Assembly: GCF_011745625.1 (NCBI RefSeq)
Contig: NW_027191464.1
Location: 310,001 to 374,000, forward strand
Direction: 5' to 3'
From: Cladosporium halotolerans
Lineage: Eukaryota
DNA length: 64,000 bases
Positions 1-10,769 of this stretch are shown piece by piece. A model generated the notes under the pieces. The model had not been told where the DNA came from. It saw only the letters and a program-made list of their open reading frames with translations, and did not search any database. Position 1 is the stretch's first letter, and the number at the start of each line of letters is the position of its first letter. The translations under genes were made by a program, and so were the position numbers.

Positions 1-1024
1 GCGGCGACATGGGCCCACACTCCATGACCGAAACCTCCGACTCGCGCGCGTCCTGTTTCGTCGCGCGGCCGCCGTCCGCCAGCACAGCCGGGTCGAGCGA
101 GCTGCCGGAGAGATCGACGCCGCTGTCGGGCTTGCTGACGTCGGACCTCAGGCTGGCGTTCGAGGGCGCGAGGCCGTCCGTGGAGCCGAGGATGCGGACG
201 AACTTGTCGACGTCCAGCAGGCCGGAGTGCAGCAGGGACGTCAGGGAGGGCCGGCGCTCGAACTGCGCGTGCAGGCGGGCGTGCGAGAGCAGGTGCTCGG
301 GCTGGAAGACGCGCGTGATGAAGTCGAGGTCGCCGGCGCGGGCTTTGGGGTTCGCGTAGGCTTCGTATTCTGCGACGATGGCTTCGATGGGCCAGCCTTG
401 GACTTTGCGCATGCAGGCGATGACGCAGCCGGTGCGGTGGCGGCCTTGGTTGCAGTGGATGTAGAGCGGGTAGTTTGCAGCGTCGAGGACGACGAGGAGC
501 GCGTCGCAGATGGAGGCGACGGTCGTTTTGACTTTGCCTTCTTTGTTGGGGGAGATGTCGATGCGGAGGCGGGCGACGTTTTTGGCGCGCACGAAGGCCG
601 CGTAGCCGTCGCTGGGCTCCGTGTCGACGAAGCAGAGCAGGGTCTTGACTTCGAGCGCGTCCAGGAAGTCCATGTTACGGTCTTGCGGGAACGCCGAGCG
701 GAAGACCTTGTGGTCTGTGACTGCGCCGAAGTTGGGCGGGGGGATGAAGGGTTGCAAGCGGATTGGGTAGTCGAGGGATGGCGAGTCGGGCCGCGTGGGC
801 GGCGAAGGCGGTCTTGACTTGATGTTTCCGAGGTCCTTGAAACCGTCCGGTGTCGATTCTTCTGTCATCGGCGCAAGCAGCCCGTCTTCTGCGGACCCTG
901 CAATCCCCGTCGTCGCGCCGTCCTCCGCGTCGGTCATGATCACATCGTCTTGCGATGGTGTATCAACGGCGATCTCGATATGTGAAGCATTCTGCATGCT
1001 CTTGAACTCTGCCGACGAAGCCAT
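1..1024 (-). CDS. Siw14/OCA-like atypical dual-specificity (inositol pyrophosphate) phosphatase, 3' end runs off the window
   Basis: Absent from the ORF track because there is no stop inside the window. Manual translation from ATG 1024 (MASSAEFKSMQ...) gives NFGAVTDHKVFRSAFP and the PTP P-loop LYIHCNQGRHRTGCVIACMRKVQGW (His codon 457-455, in frame with the ATG). Confidence 0.85.
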   Translation of the reverse strand, partial: MASSAEFKSMQNASHIEIAVDTPSQDDVIMTDAEDGATTGIAGSAEDGLLAPMTEESTPDGFKDLGNIKSRPPSPPTRPDSPSLDYPIRLQPFIPPPNFGAVTDHKVFRSAFPQDRNMDFLDALEVKTLLCFVDTEPSDGYAAFVRAKNVARLRIDISPNKEGKVKTTVASICDALLVVLDAANYPLYIHCNQGRHRTGCVIACMRKVQGWPIEAIVAEYEAYANPKARAGDLDFITRVFQPEHLLSHARLHAQFERRPSLTSLLHSGLLDVDKFVRILGSTDGLAPSNASLRSDVSKPDSGVDLSGSSLDPAVLADGGRATKQDARESEVSVMECGPMSP

Positions 1025-2473
1025 ATCCGCCGCCTTTCCAGTCCCTTACTTTCGGGACGTTCAACAAAAAGTAGGGGAAAAGTCGCTGTCGCGTGATATC
1101 GCTCCGTTCCAGGAAATCGCAAGCCTCGGCGCTCGCGAGTCGTCGTCGTCGTCCTCCGCCCGTCGTTCGGTTTAAGAAAACCCCCCGGCGCAAGAACCAC
1201 CGGTGAGTGCCCTCCTTACGTGGCCAGCAATTCCCACGTCGAGATCCACTCGAAGATTCGCGGTCCCAATCAGCGTCGCTACGCGAAGTCGCTGCGCACG
1301 TGAGCAGCTTCCTCACAGGCGGGGGAAAGTCGCGAGAAAGCCGTGCTCGCTCCGCGGTCGATCAGCCCTGCATTGCGACGCGGTGGGGTCCTTGTTGATG
1401 TGTTGGTATATATAAGAGCTTGCTAGCGGGATCGGTGCTCGTCTTCTTTTTTTTCGCGAGCGAAACAGTTGGATTCCGGGTGCGAGAGGCGGGAATCAAA
1501 CGGCGGGCAGGCGCGCACAAGACGGCTCTTGCGGATTGAGGAGGGTGATCAAGTCCATCGTGTGAAGGTGGTGGGAGGCGAGCGAGGGTGATGGGTCGGT
1601 CGCGGGGATGTGGCAGAGCGTGTTGGTGATGGAGGGGGAGAGAGAGCGAGAGACGGCGACGGTATTTAGTGGGCGGCGGGCGGGTGGGCGATGGTGGTTT
1701 GAGTAAAGTGAATTCGGCGTGGGCGGGAGGGCGCGTTCGCAAGCTAAAAGCCCACCGAAAGGCTGAAGCCGACGCAGGCAGTGGTGAAGCAGGCAGAGGT
1801 CAGGCAAGCAGGCAAGGCTGGGCACGCGCGTGGGCAAACTGCCGACGCCACCGTCGGTCGCTGGGCCGGCGAAGTGTAGTGCAGCACTCACTGGCGGGCG
1901 GGCGGTTACGGTGGGATTACTGTGCGCAAGGCGACAGTGTGTAATGCTGCGGCGCTTGTCGCGATTGCGTTGCGTCAGTCGGTCACTGAATAATCACCCT
2001 AAGCAAAGGGTCCGCGGAAGGCATTTTGCTCGCGCGCTCTTTGTCCGCCGCCGCCCTAGCCCATCCGACCGCAGCGCCTCCCGTCTCTGCCGCGCAGAGC
2101 GACCAAGCGACTCGAGTGGGATTGCATGCCGCACACATCCGCATGCGCCCTGCCTCGCGCCCGCGCGATGGCGCTACTGCACCGCGCGGGCCTGGCGCTG
2201 CTGCAAAGCACACCTGACGAACCCGCCCAGGGACCAAGGCGAGGGGGTGCGCGCGCGCACGAGCGAGCAGAGCCTCCTGCAATTCGAGCGCAGATCCGCG
2301 CGCCGGCTACTGTGCTGCGTCTCCGCTTCGCCTCGGGCAATAGGGCATTGCTAGGTATGTAGAGTAGTGGGTGGATGCCGTTACTGTATCGATCGGAACG
2401 CGCTCCTTCTCGCCCATGCTGCTGTCGTGTCGTGTCGTGTCACGTCTCTGCCCGAACGTGGCGGAATGGCCGA

Positions 2474-2502
2474 TCAGGTCAGGTCAGGTCAGGTCGGGTC
2501 AG
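2474..2502 (+). repeat. (TCAGG)n pentanucleotide tandem repeat, ~5-6 units
   Basis: tcaggtcaggtcaggtcaggtcgggtcag read directly. Confidence 0.7.
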
Positions 2503-3587
2503 CTTCGACGCAGCGTGATCCCTATTCCCAGGCAGGGAAGCGAGCCACGGCGTGGGGGTATGTCTCTCGCGTACCTCTCGTCTGAGCAAGGGCACTTCCG
2601 ACACGCATGCATGTGCGCGGTGGATCCAGGCCTTTGGGGGGGTTCTCCGTGATTACAGCACGCCTGGTCATGTGCCTTCGCGTGTCGATAGTGCGAAGGA
2701 TGTTATAATCTCGTTGGCGTGGTCAGCTGCTCGCTTGAGGTGTTGTGCATGTAGCAATTCATCAATGGAGGAGTGCCTGTGTGCGTGCCTTGCGGACGAT
2801 ACTTGTGTACCTTGTACAGGAGGGCAAGGGCGAGGGCGAAGTCACTCGCTAACGGAAAATGTTACATATTGCTGACTATAACCGCCTGCGATCCCACGTG
2901 CCGACGAACATGCATACATCAATTTATGAGTATTGTTGTTGTTGAGATCGGGACCAAGGAAAGGTACATTGCTGGCTACAACCACGTCACGTAAACCGAA
3001 CACCAATGTAATAATTTTTAACAATAGAGACGATGAGATCGCAAGGTTGATCAAGTACATTGCTGACTATACATTCTCGCCCTCCCACGTGTTCAGAGAC
3101 ACCCATTCATCGCTTGGTTCATTGTCGGTAATGTCGGGCACGAAATATAAACCTCGCCGCGCGATGCTTCCAGTACATTACATTACAGTACAGCGGAGGC
3201 AAACCGGGCCGGAATCGCACAGGACATGTAGCGCAAAGAGGCATGACATGGTGAACTCCTGCGAGACCCGACGGATGAATCCTCGCGTGAGATCACAGTA
3301 GCGACGGGAGGTGAGGTGGTTGGGACTCAGCAGAAGGGAACGTATCGAAGCACAGCACAGCACAGCGCAGGCACCAGCAACCTCAGGACCTAGCCAGGGT
3401 CGACCAAAATACGAGACGAGGCTCGGCTCGACACATCTCTCTCTCTCACAGCGCAGACTGGCCCGACAAATCTGATCGAGACCGACCCATCAAGAAAGGC
3501 GAAAGCGCGCACCTCTCCCAACTTCACTTCGAAGATGTAAAAAGTAAAGAACTTCAAAGACCCTTAAAAAAAAAGTATCTGGAGTTA

Positions 3588-3835
3588 TCTCTCCCTCCCT
3601 CCCTCCCTCCCTCTCACTCTCTCTCTCCCACGCACTCGCGCTCTCTAGTCAACTAGTAAAAAGCCAAAAAGAGAAAAGAAAAAAAAAGAAAAAGCAGTAG
3701 AAAAGTAGAAGGAAGAAACAACGCCTGGACTGGGGGGTGGAGAAGGGGGTGGGGAGAAGGGTGGCACTATGGCAAAATGCAGGAGGACCCAGAAAACAAG
3801 AAAGAAAGGAAGGAAGGAAGGAAGGGAAGGAAGCG
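3588..3835. repeat. Low-complexity (CCCT)n, (CT)n, A-rich and (GGAA)n tracts downstream of RHO1
   Basis: ccctccctccct at ~3593-3613, A/G-rich runs at 3658-3720, ggaaggaagg at ~3808-3832. Confidence 0.75.
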
Positions 3836-4322
3836 GGACGAGAAAGCTGGGGAGATCCCGCGAGGATGACAACCGTTGAGTGGATGCTCTCACCGAGCCA
3901 ACGTGGCTCATCGATTCTCCGCCAGATCCGCTCTTGTCTTGTCTCGTCTCTGCTTTCCATGCTTGAGCTCGCGCGATGGGCACGTATCGCGGTGACGCTT
4001 CCTTCTTGATCGGTTCGAACGTGCTTGTGGTTGCTGATTTTTTTGGGAGGTATTTTCTTTTCTTCTTCTAAAAGTCTCTCCTGCAATTTGGTTTTCATGA
4101 CCACCATCATCCCGCCTTCCGACTACAGTCCGGAGATCGTCAAGATTAGTTTGCGTGGAGGGTTTGTCTCGCTGATGCCGGGTGGTGTGTGTTTGTGTGT
4201 CAAGGGTGCTTGTGCATGTCGAGAGGAGCCGATGGGTGATTTCGAGAAGAGAGCGCGGCTGCTGAGACGTCGTGTCGCTGGAACGGAAACTTGGTAGATG
4301 TCGATTATGGAGGTGGGTAAGT

Positions 4323-5257
4323 TTACAGAATCATGCACTTGGACTTCTTCTTGCCCTTCCGGGTAAGCAGAGCGGCGCGCGTGGCATGCTCGAACACCTC
4401 CCTGACGCCCTCGTTGGTCTTGGCGGAGCACTCGAGGTACTTGCCGGCGCCGATCTTCTTGCGCACATCCTCGGCCTGTGGTGGTGCTGTCAGCATGTGG
4501 CTCTCGTTCGTGTTTCGAGGCCGTGACGAAGCCGCCTCGATGGTGTCCATACCTGTTCGGGAGTGACGGGCTTCTGGGAGGTCTTGTGCAGCTCTTCAAT
4601 CGTCTTCTGGTCGTATCTCAGATCCTTCTTGCAGCCGACGAGGATAATGGGCAGGCCCGAGCAGAAGTGCAGGACCTCGGAAATCCACTGTGATGAGGCG
4701 GGCGTATCAGTACATGTCCGCCAAGCAGGTGTGTTCCACAGCGTGCGGTGAGCACGTGAGAGGGCAGCATACCTTCTCCTGGACGTTGTCCAACGAATCC
4801 GGCGAGTCGACGGCGAAACAGATGAGGATGACATGTGAGTCGGGGTAGGAGAGGGGTCTGAGACGGTCGTAGTCTTCCTGACCGGCGGTATCCCAGAGCG
4901 CTAGTTCAACATGCTTGCCATCCACCTCGACATCGGCGACGTAGTTCTCGAAGACGGTGGGGACGTAGACCTGTGCGGGCGGAGGGTTAGTGCGGCTGCT
5001 CGGGTCGTGTAGAGATGCGTGCCGGCGGTGTTTGATGGTGTTGACGCGGGTGCGTCGGCGGTGGTTGATGCGCGATGGTGCGGATAGGGGATGGAGGGCG
5101 ACGACGAACCTCAGGGAAGGTACCCTTGGAGAAGACACTGATGCCTTGTCAGCGGTGACGAGTGGAGGAGCGGTGCGATCGAGACTTACATGAGCAGACA
5201 GGTCTTGCCGCAGGCACCGTCACCGACAATGACCAACTTGCGACGGATCTCGGCCAT
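4323..5257 (-). CDS. RHO1: Rho1 small GTPase, 5 coding exons (5257-5190, 5137-5110, 4970-4773, 4687-4553, 4475-4323)
   Basis: [80 protein letters not shown], polybasic tail plus CAAX (KKKSKCMIL*). Four GT-AG introns join the frame. Confidence 0.97.
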
Positions 5258-6732
5258 CTGCGCTAGAGGTCAATGGGTCGTCGTGGAAGCGAGAGGATAG
5301 CGCCCGGGCGCAGTTGTGTGTGTTGGAGAGAAGGTGGTGAGGCGGCGGTGGTGGTGCAGGTGGTGGTGATGAGAGTGGGTGGTGGTGGGCGTGGCGGTTG
5401 GGGGAGCGGGAGGTGTTGTTTGGGCTGGTGCAGGAGAGGTGGGCGCGGGAAAGCGTGGGTGCGAGAGGTTGGCTGGCCGGGGCGCGGGCGCGCTGGCGAC
5501 GACTTACGGCTGTGTGTTTGCTGCGCGGAGACGAGGCAACGCGGCGCTGGGCTGGCTGGGCGGGTAATGAGTGTCGCGGTGCTTGCGGTGTGGGCAGTGG
5601 GAGGGCGTTGCTGGTGGCGGGTGGGAGGGCGGCGACTTGGGGAGGAGAGAGGCAGGGCGGTGGTGGGAGGGCAGAGTGATGGCGGAGGTGGTGCAGGTGG
5701 TGCTTGGGTGGGCAGCAGCAGTTGCTCAGGGAGACTGGACTGGAGAGTGCGAGGCTGCGCGGCGGCGGCCTGGCACAGCGAGCGACCGGCACGGCGAGCG
5801 AACCAACGCGCTCGGACTGCACTGGCTTGCCCGTGAGCCTGAGAGCCTGAGCTTGCTCTGCCGCACTGCCACAACCGCTGCCACTGCTGCGCCCCGGCGA
5901 GAGTGCCTGTGTGCCTGTGAGCCTGGGTGCCCGGGTGCCTGTTCGCCTCATCACGCCCGTTCTGCCTGTGCAGCCTCAGGCCATTATCGACGAGACCTCA
6001 TTTCGCCGTCTCTGCTCGTCCCGCTCTTCGTGTGCGCAACCAGCATGCACCACGGCTCACGATCTAGACCAACATGCCAACAGCCCACAATCTCACTCAT
6101 CACCCACCCACGCGGCATCATCATGCCCCAGGTACACCACCATCCAGCACACCACCCTGCCCGCCAGCCCACCTGAAACGTTGCAGCAGCCTCCACGCGC
6201 AGGGCTGAAGATGAGCGCAGCCGGTCTACCCGCGCCAGTACCCACCTCCAAAGCCCTCCAAACCCACGCCCGTGTGGCTGTGGCCCAGTCAGCGTGGCTC
6301 TCGCGCCCAATATCGGCCTCGCTACCTCACACTACTGATTTCCGAGCTTGCACCGCGCGGCTTGAGAATCCACTCTGACAACCGCTGAGCCACGATCGCT
6401 GCCGTCCCGCCCCGGCTGTCGGACTCTTCCCCTGCCGCCGCTACGGCTGCTCTAAGTGGGACCGGCCGCTGTCAATGTGAGTGCGAGTGTTCGGAGCATC
6501 ATCTGGTGCCATGCCTCGGTCTATTCTGGTCCATCTGCGTCGCGACACACGAGTTCGCGCATACCACTGAGCAAAGCACATGTTTTCGCGAGCGCTGCAG
6601 CGCAGCCAACGCCTCCGCTACATCCACTCCCCAGCGTCTAGACCCCCGATTCGTCCCAGACACCCTCTCACCTCGCTCCCTAAACCAACACAGCCAACCC
6701 TCACAACCAGACCCTCCCACACCACAACCCCA

Positions 6733-7230
6733 ATGCCCACAGCAGCCGCCAAAGACCAAGTCCGCGTCGGCGTCGGCGCCTTCGTCCTCTCCCCTCCCTC
6801 CCCCTCCTCTCCGAACAACGCCAACCCAACCTTCCTCCTCGGCACCCGCCTCAACTCCCACGGCGCCGGCACCCTCGCGCTCCCCGGCGGCCACCTCGAG
6901 TTCGGCGAGACGCCCGAGTCCTGCGCCGCGCGCGAAGTGCTCGAAGAGACGGGGCTGGAAGTGAAGAACGTGCGCTTCCTGACGGCGACGAACAGCGTCT
7001 TGCAAAGCGAGGGGAAGCACTACGTCACGCTGTTTGTGGTGTGCGAGAGGGTGGATGGGGGGCAGCAGGCGAGGGTTATGGAGGTGGAGAAGTGTGCGGG
7101 GTGGGAGGAGTGGGGGTGGGAGGGGATGGTGAGGTTGGTTGGTGCGGAGGGCGGGGAGGGGAGGAGGCTGTTTCAGCCGTTGGTGGATTTACTTGTGCAG
7201 AGGCCGGGGGTGGTGCCTTCTTTGCGATAG
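6733..7230 (+). CDS. Nudix hydrolase (NUDT15/MutT-like)
   Basis: Nudix box GGHLEFGETPESCAAREVLEETGL, plus VRVGVGAFV, HYVTLFV and MEVEKCAGWEEW. ATG 6733 is in frame with ORF 6580-7230. Confidence 0.9.
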   Translation: MPTAAAKDQVRVGVGAFVLSPPSPSSPNNANPTFLLGTRLNSHGAGTLALPGGHLEFGETPESCAAREVLEETGLEVKNVRFLTATNSVLQSEGKHYVTLFVVCERVDGGQQARVMEVEKCAGWEEWGWEGMVRLVGAEGGEGRRLFQPLVDLLVQRPGVVPSLR

Positions 7231-7615
7231 TAGGAGGGAGAATCATCGGTGAGGATCGCGGGCTGAGGGGAGGGTGGAAGGTGTGATAATCAGTTGCTCT
7301 GCGTGTTCCAACGCAGCGGGCTATGAGTTGGCTATTCCAAAGCCAAAGCCGCACTCGTCTCGCGGAGGACAGGAGGACCCCTGGGCCTACTTGTCCAATT
7401 GCATTCTGAGCATGTTGCGCTGCTGCAGTTCGCAACCGTCGAGAAGGGCACCCTTGCTCGCTTCCTTGCGGCGCCGGGCAGTCGCCAGGCACGAATCGGG
7501 CTTCGATCAGACCTGTAAAGGGACACGCTCTCGAGAGCCAAACCCTACCACTACGGTCAAGAACACAGCACCCTCACCCTCACCCATATCCACTCCACCC
7601 AGCTTTCCTCCCTCC

Positions 7616-9746
7616 CTAAAACTTCCCCTGCACCCCCACGCCCTCCTCAACAACCCTCCCCTCCCCTCCTCCCACCTCCCCCGGCTCCCTCCCCCTGATC
7701 TCAACCGGCACAAACGGGTCCCAAAACCGCGGCAGCACGAACCCGACCGCCACGAACAGCATGACCAGGTGCGCGACGGCGAACCCCACGATCTGCAGCG
7801 GGTCGTGGCGCGCGGCGCTGAAGCTCGGGTACGCGAAGCTGAGGATGATGGCGAGGATGGGCACGGAGATGTAGCGGAGCAGCGGGCCCCAGATGGAGGG
7901 GATGCGCCAGTTGCTGCCGGTCGCGACGGTGGCGTTGAGGTCGGTGGAGAGCGCGTGGCCCTGTTTGGGAGGGAGGGAGTTAGCTTGAGGGGGTTTTCTT
8001 CTTCTTCTTCTTCTTCTTCTTCTTCTTCTTCGTTGGATCGTTTTTGTTTTGAAGGGAGGGAGGGAGGGAGGGAGGGAGGCTTACTTGGTAGAAGAGGAGG
8101 TAGTAGAGTTTTTGCAGCAGGGCGTTGCGGGCGAAGAAGTGGGGCGTGTAGGTGTGAGTGTAGCGCGGGGATTTCGCGAGGAGGGCGGCGGCCGCGAGGC
8201 CGACGAAGAAGATGCCGAAGGCTACGCCGGCGCCGGCGCCAGGGTGGACGGAGTGGCCGATTGCGACGCCGAGGATGAGCGAGAGCAGGTAGCAGGCGGT
8301 CCAGAGGGCGAAGGATGGCAGGCCGACGGCGGCGATCACGTCTTTGTACCGGTAGACCATCGTCGCGCCGAGGAACTCGCACATGACGGTCCAGACGAGG
8401 GAGAAGTTGTTGAGCCAGGTGTCGAAGCCGTCGAGGAGGTAGTAGCCGAACTCGGTGCAGAAGACGAGCGAGATGAGGAAGGAGACGACGACAGCGGCTG
8501 TCACGACTATGGAGCGGTTCCAGTGGCGGCCGAAGTTGCTGTCGCAGATCAGGGAGATGAAGGTGTCGAGGAGGGCGAAGGCGGAGCTGACGCCGAGGAT
8601 CATGAGGGTGAGGAAGAAGATGGCGCTCCAGAATTGAGCTGCTGGCATCTGCGCGGTGCCTTCGGGGAGAGTCAGGAAGGCGATGTCGAAGCTGCCCAGG
8701 CGGTTGCCTGCTGCGGCGTCTGCGACGGGGTCGAAGACGTCGGTGCCCAGGTAGCCGATGACGCCAAAGACGGCGAGGCCGCAGAGGATCTCGATCAGCG
8801 AGTTGGAGCAGCAGATGATAAGGGCGTCTTGCACGGCGTTCTGGAACTTGTTGTTGTATGAGGCGTAGTTGGTGAAGTAGCCCATGCCCAGCCCAATGCT
8901 GAAGAAGATCTGTCCGCAAGCATCCTGCCAGATCTGGCCATCGGCGAGAACGTCGGAACGCCATGTTGCCCAGGCATAGCGGATGCCTCTCGTGGCGTTG
9001 GGGAGCGACACTCCGCGGCCAACGAGCACGAGGACCATGATGATGGGAAAGCCCATGGTGAAGTACACCACCCTGCCGGTCTGGCCGATGCCTCTCCAGA
9101 TGCACAGCCATACGAGGAACCATGTGAAGGCACACCAACCGACGGTCTCGCCAACCATACCGGTGCTGGCGTAGCTCGTGTAGCTCTGGACGCTGCCTCC
9201 CGAAATCTCGCCCGCGGTGCGTTCTCCATTCCGGATAACGCTGTCCATGTAGAAGTCTTGACTGTTGCCTTCCCAAGGAAGTGGACTTTTGAAAGAGTGG
9301 CGGAAGTAAGCCATGACCCATGCGAGGATCGGAACATAATAGACGACGACCATGTAGCCGTTGTAGACCAAGCTGAACCCGACGCCTTTCAGCCTCTTGT
9401 GCATGTGGTCGTAAGCAATGGCCGGCCCGCCGCGAAAGGCCTGGCCAATGGATATCTCAAGAGTCAATCCGGGGATGCCGAGCATGAAGAACGCTATGAA
9501 ATATGGAATGAACCATTGGAGGCCGAAGTTGTTGTAGACTTGCGAAGGCTATGTTGGGTCAGTCGACATCTAGACGGGCTGCACGACAATGGATCCGCAT
9601 ACGTATCGTAGAATGTTTCCCAGACCAACGCAGCCGCCCATGGCAGCCAGAATGAACGACGCGCGGGAAGGCCACTGATCGCGTCCATCGTCAGCCTTCT
9701 TCGCCTTCGAGCTGAAGAGCATTCGAAAGAAATTCTTGATCGCCAT
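7616..9746 (-). CDS. Sodium:neurotransmitter symporter (SNF/SLC6) family transporter, 3 exons
   Basis: N-terminal RDQWPSRASFILAAMGGCVGLGNILRY|PSQVYNNFG, plus WQDACGQIFFSIGLGMGYFTNYASYN and IAFLTLPE, and many hydrophobic segments. Introns at ~9602-9549 and ~8084-7961; the last exon ends in ORF 7616-7864. Confidence 0.9.
7996..8078. repeat. (TTC)12 and (AGGG)6 microsatellites inside intron 2 of the SNF transporter
   Basis: Read directly at 7996-8031 and 8053-8078. They explain the spurious poly-K/E/S runs in the ORF track. Confidence 0.9.
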
Positions 9747-10769
9747 CTTGCATCGCGCCTCGGAGCAGTGGCAGCTGAACAGACGTCGCAGCAGCTCAAG
9801 CGATAGATGTAGACCGCAGGTCCAGAAGGATCGCGCCCGCCATGATCTTGGGCTCCTCGCTAACCCGACGCCGCGGTATACCCAGGACGGTCAGTGGCCT
9901 GTCTCGCGTGAGTGCCCAGAGAACTGGCATCTTGACCTGCCAGTATCGACCCTAGCCCAAGCGATAAGGATGTAACACCAAGCCGCATCACGTGGCTGTC
10001 GCTGTTGGAGAGCCAGTCAGACGTCGGCTGGGCGTGCTGGGCAAACTCCTGGGCAGTGAAGCAAGATGATAAAGTTGGATAATGGTGCTGCAGATGATAA
10101 GGTTAGCGCGGATCCACCCCCAGAAACTCTGTCCCCACAAGGCTGCTGGTGGCCGACTTCCGTTGATACGTATCGTTCACTGTCTCTTTGTGATGCACGA
10201 AGTGCTCAAGCGTTGATCGACCATACTAGTGAGCTCAGTATTCGAGGCTACCATAGAACAGTGATCGGTCTCCAACGAGCATAGCAATCCCTGAACACCT
10301 CCTGCCCACCCGACCCCTCTCTCATCCTGTGACCACCTGCCGTAACCACTCCTTAGCCTCGCCTCTCAATCACACCCATCAGCTCTTGGCCCTCGGCGGC
10401 CTGCTCAAAAGCGGCTGCACCGTATCCTGCTCGGCCTAAGCGGCCTTGCGTTCGGTTTATCTCACCTGGTACTCGTCGAAGGGCTTGCACGTGATACCAC
10501 AGACAGCCCGAGTGACATCGCAGTCTCAACGCAAGCAACCTCTATCTGTAGCAGTGAGTTCAGAGACAAACGGAACGGTGGATTTTCCTGCTTCACGGTC
10601 ATCATACAGACAATACAAGATGAAACAAAACGCGCCGCAAACAATGTGCATTCATTGCAAGGCCTGCCTTCCCCATCCATCCCACCCTTCCCAGCCCGAA
10701 CAAGAGCAAATCTCACATCCCAAATGCGCCTATGTACTCCTATCCCCATCCCCATCCCAACCCTCCTCC

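Noticed and set aside
227..817. Long plus-strand ORFs at the window start
   Set aside because: Antisense shadows of the GC-rich minus-strand phosphatase gene.
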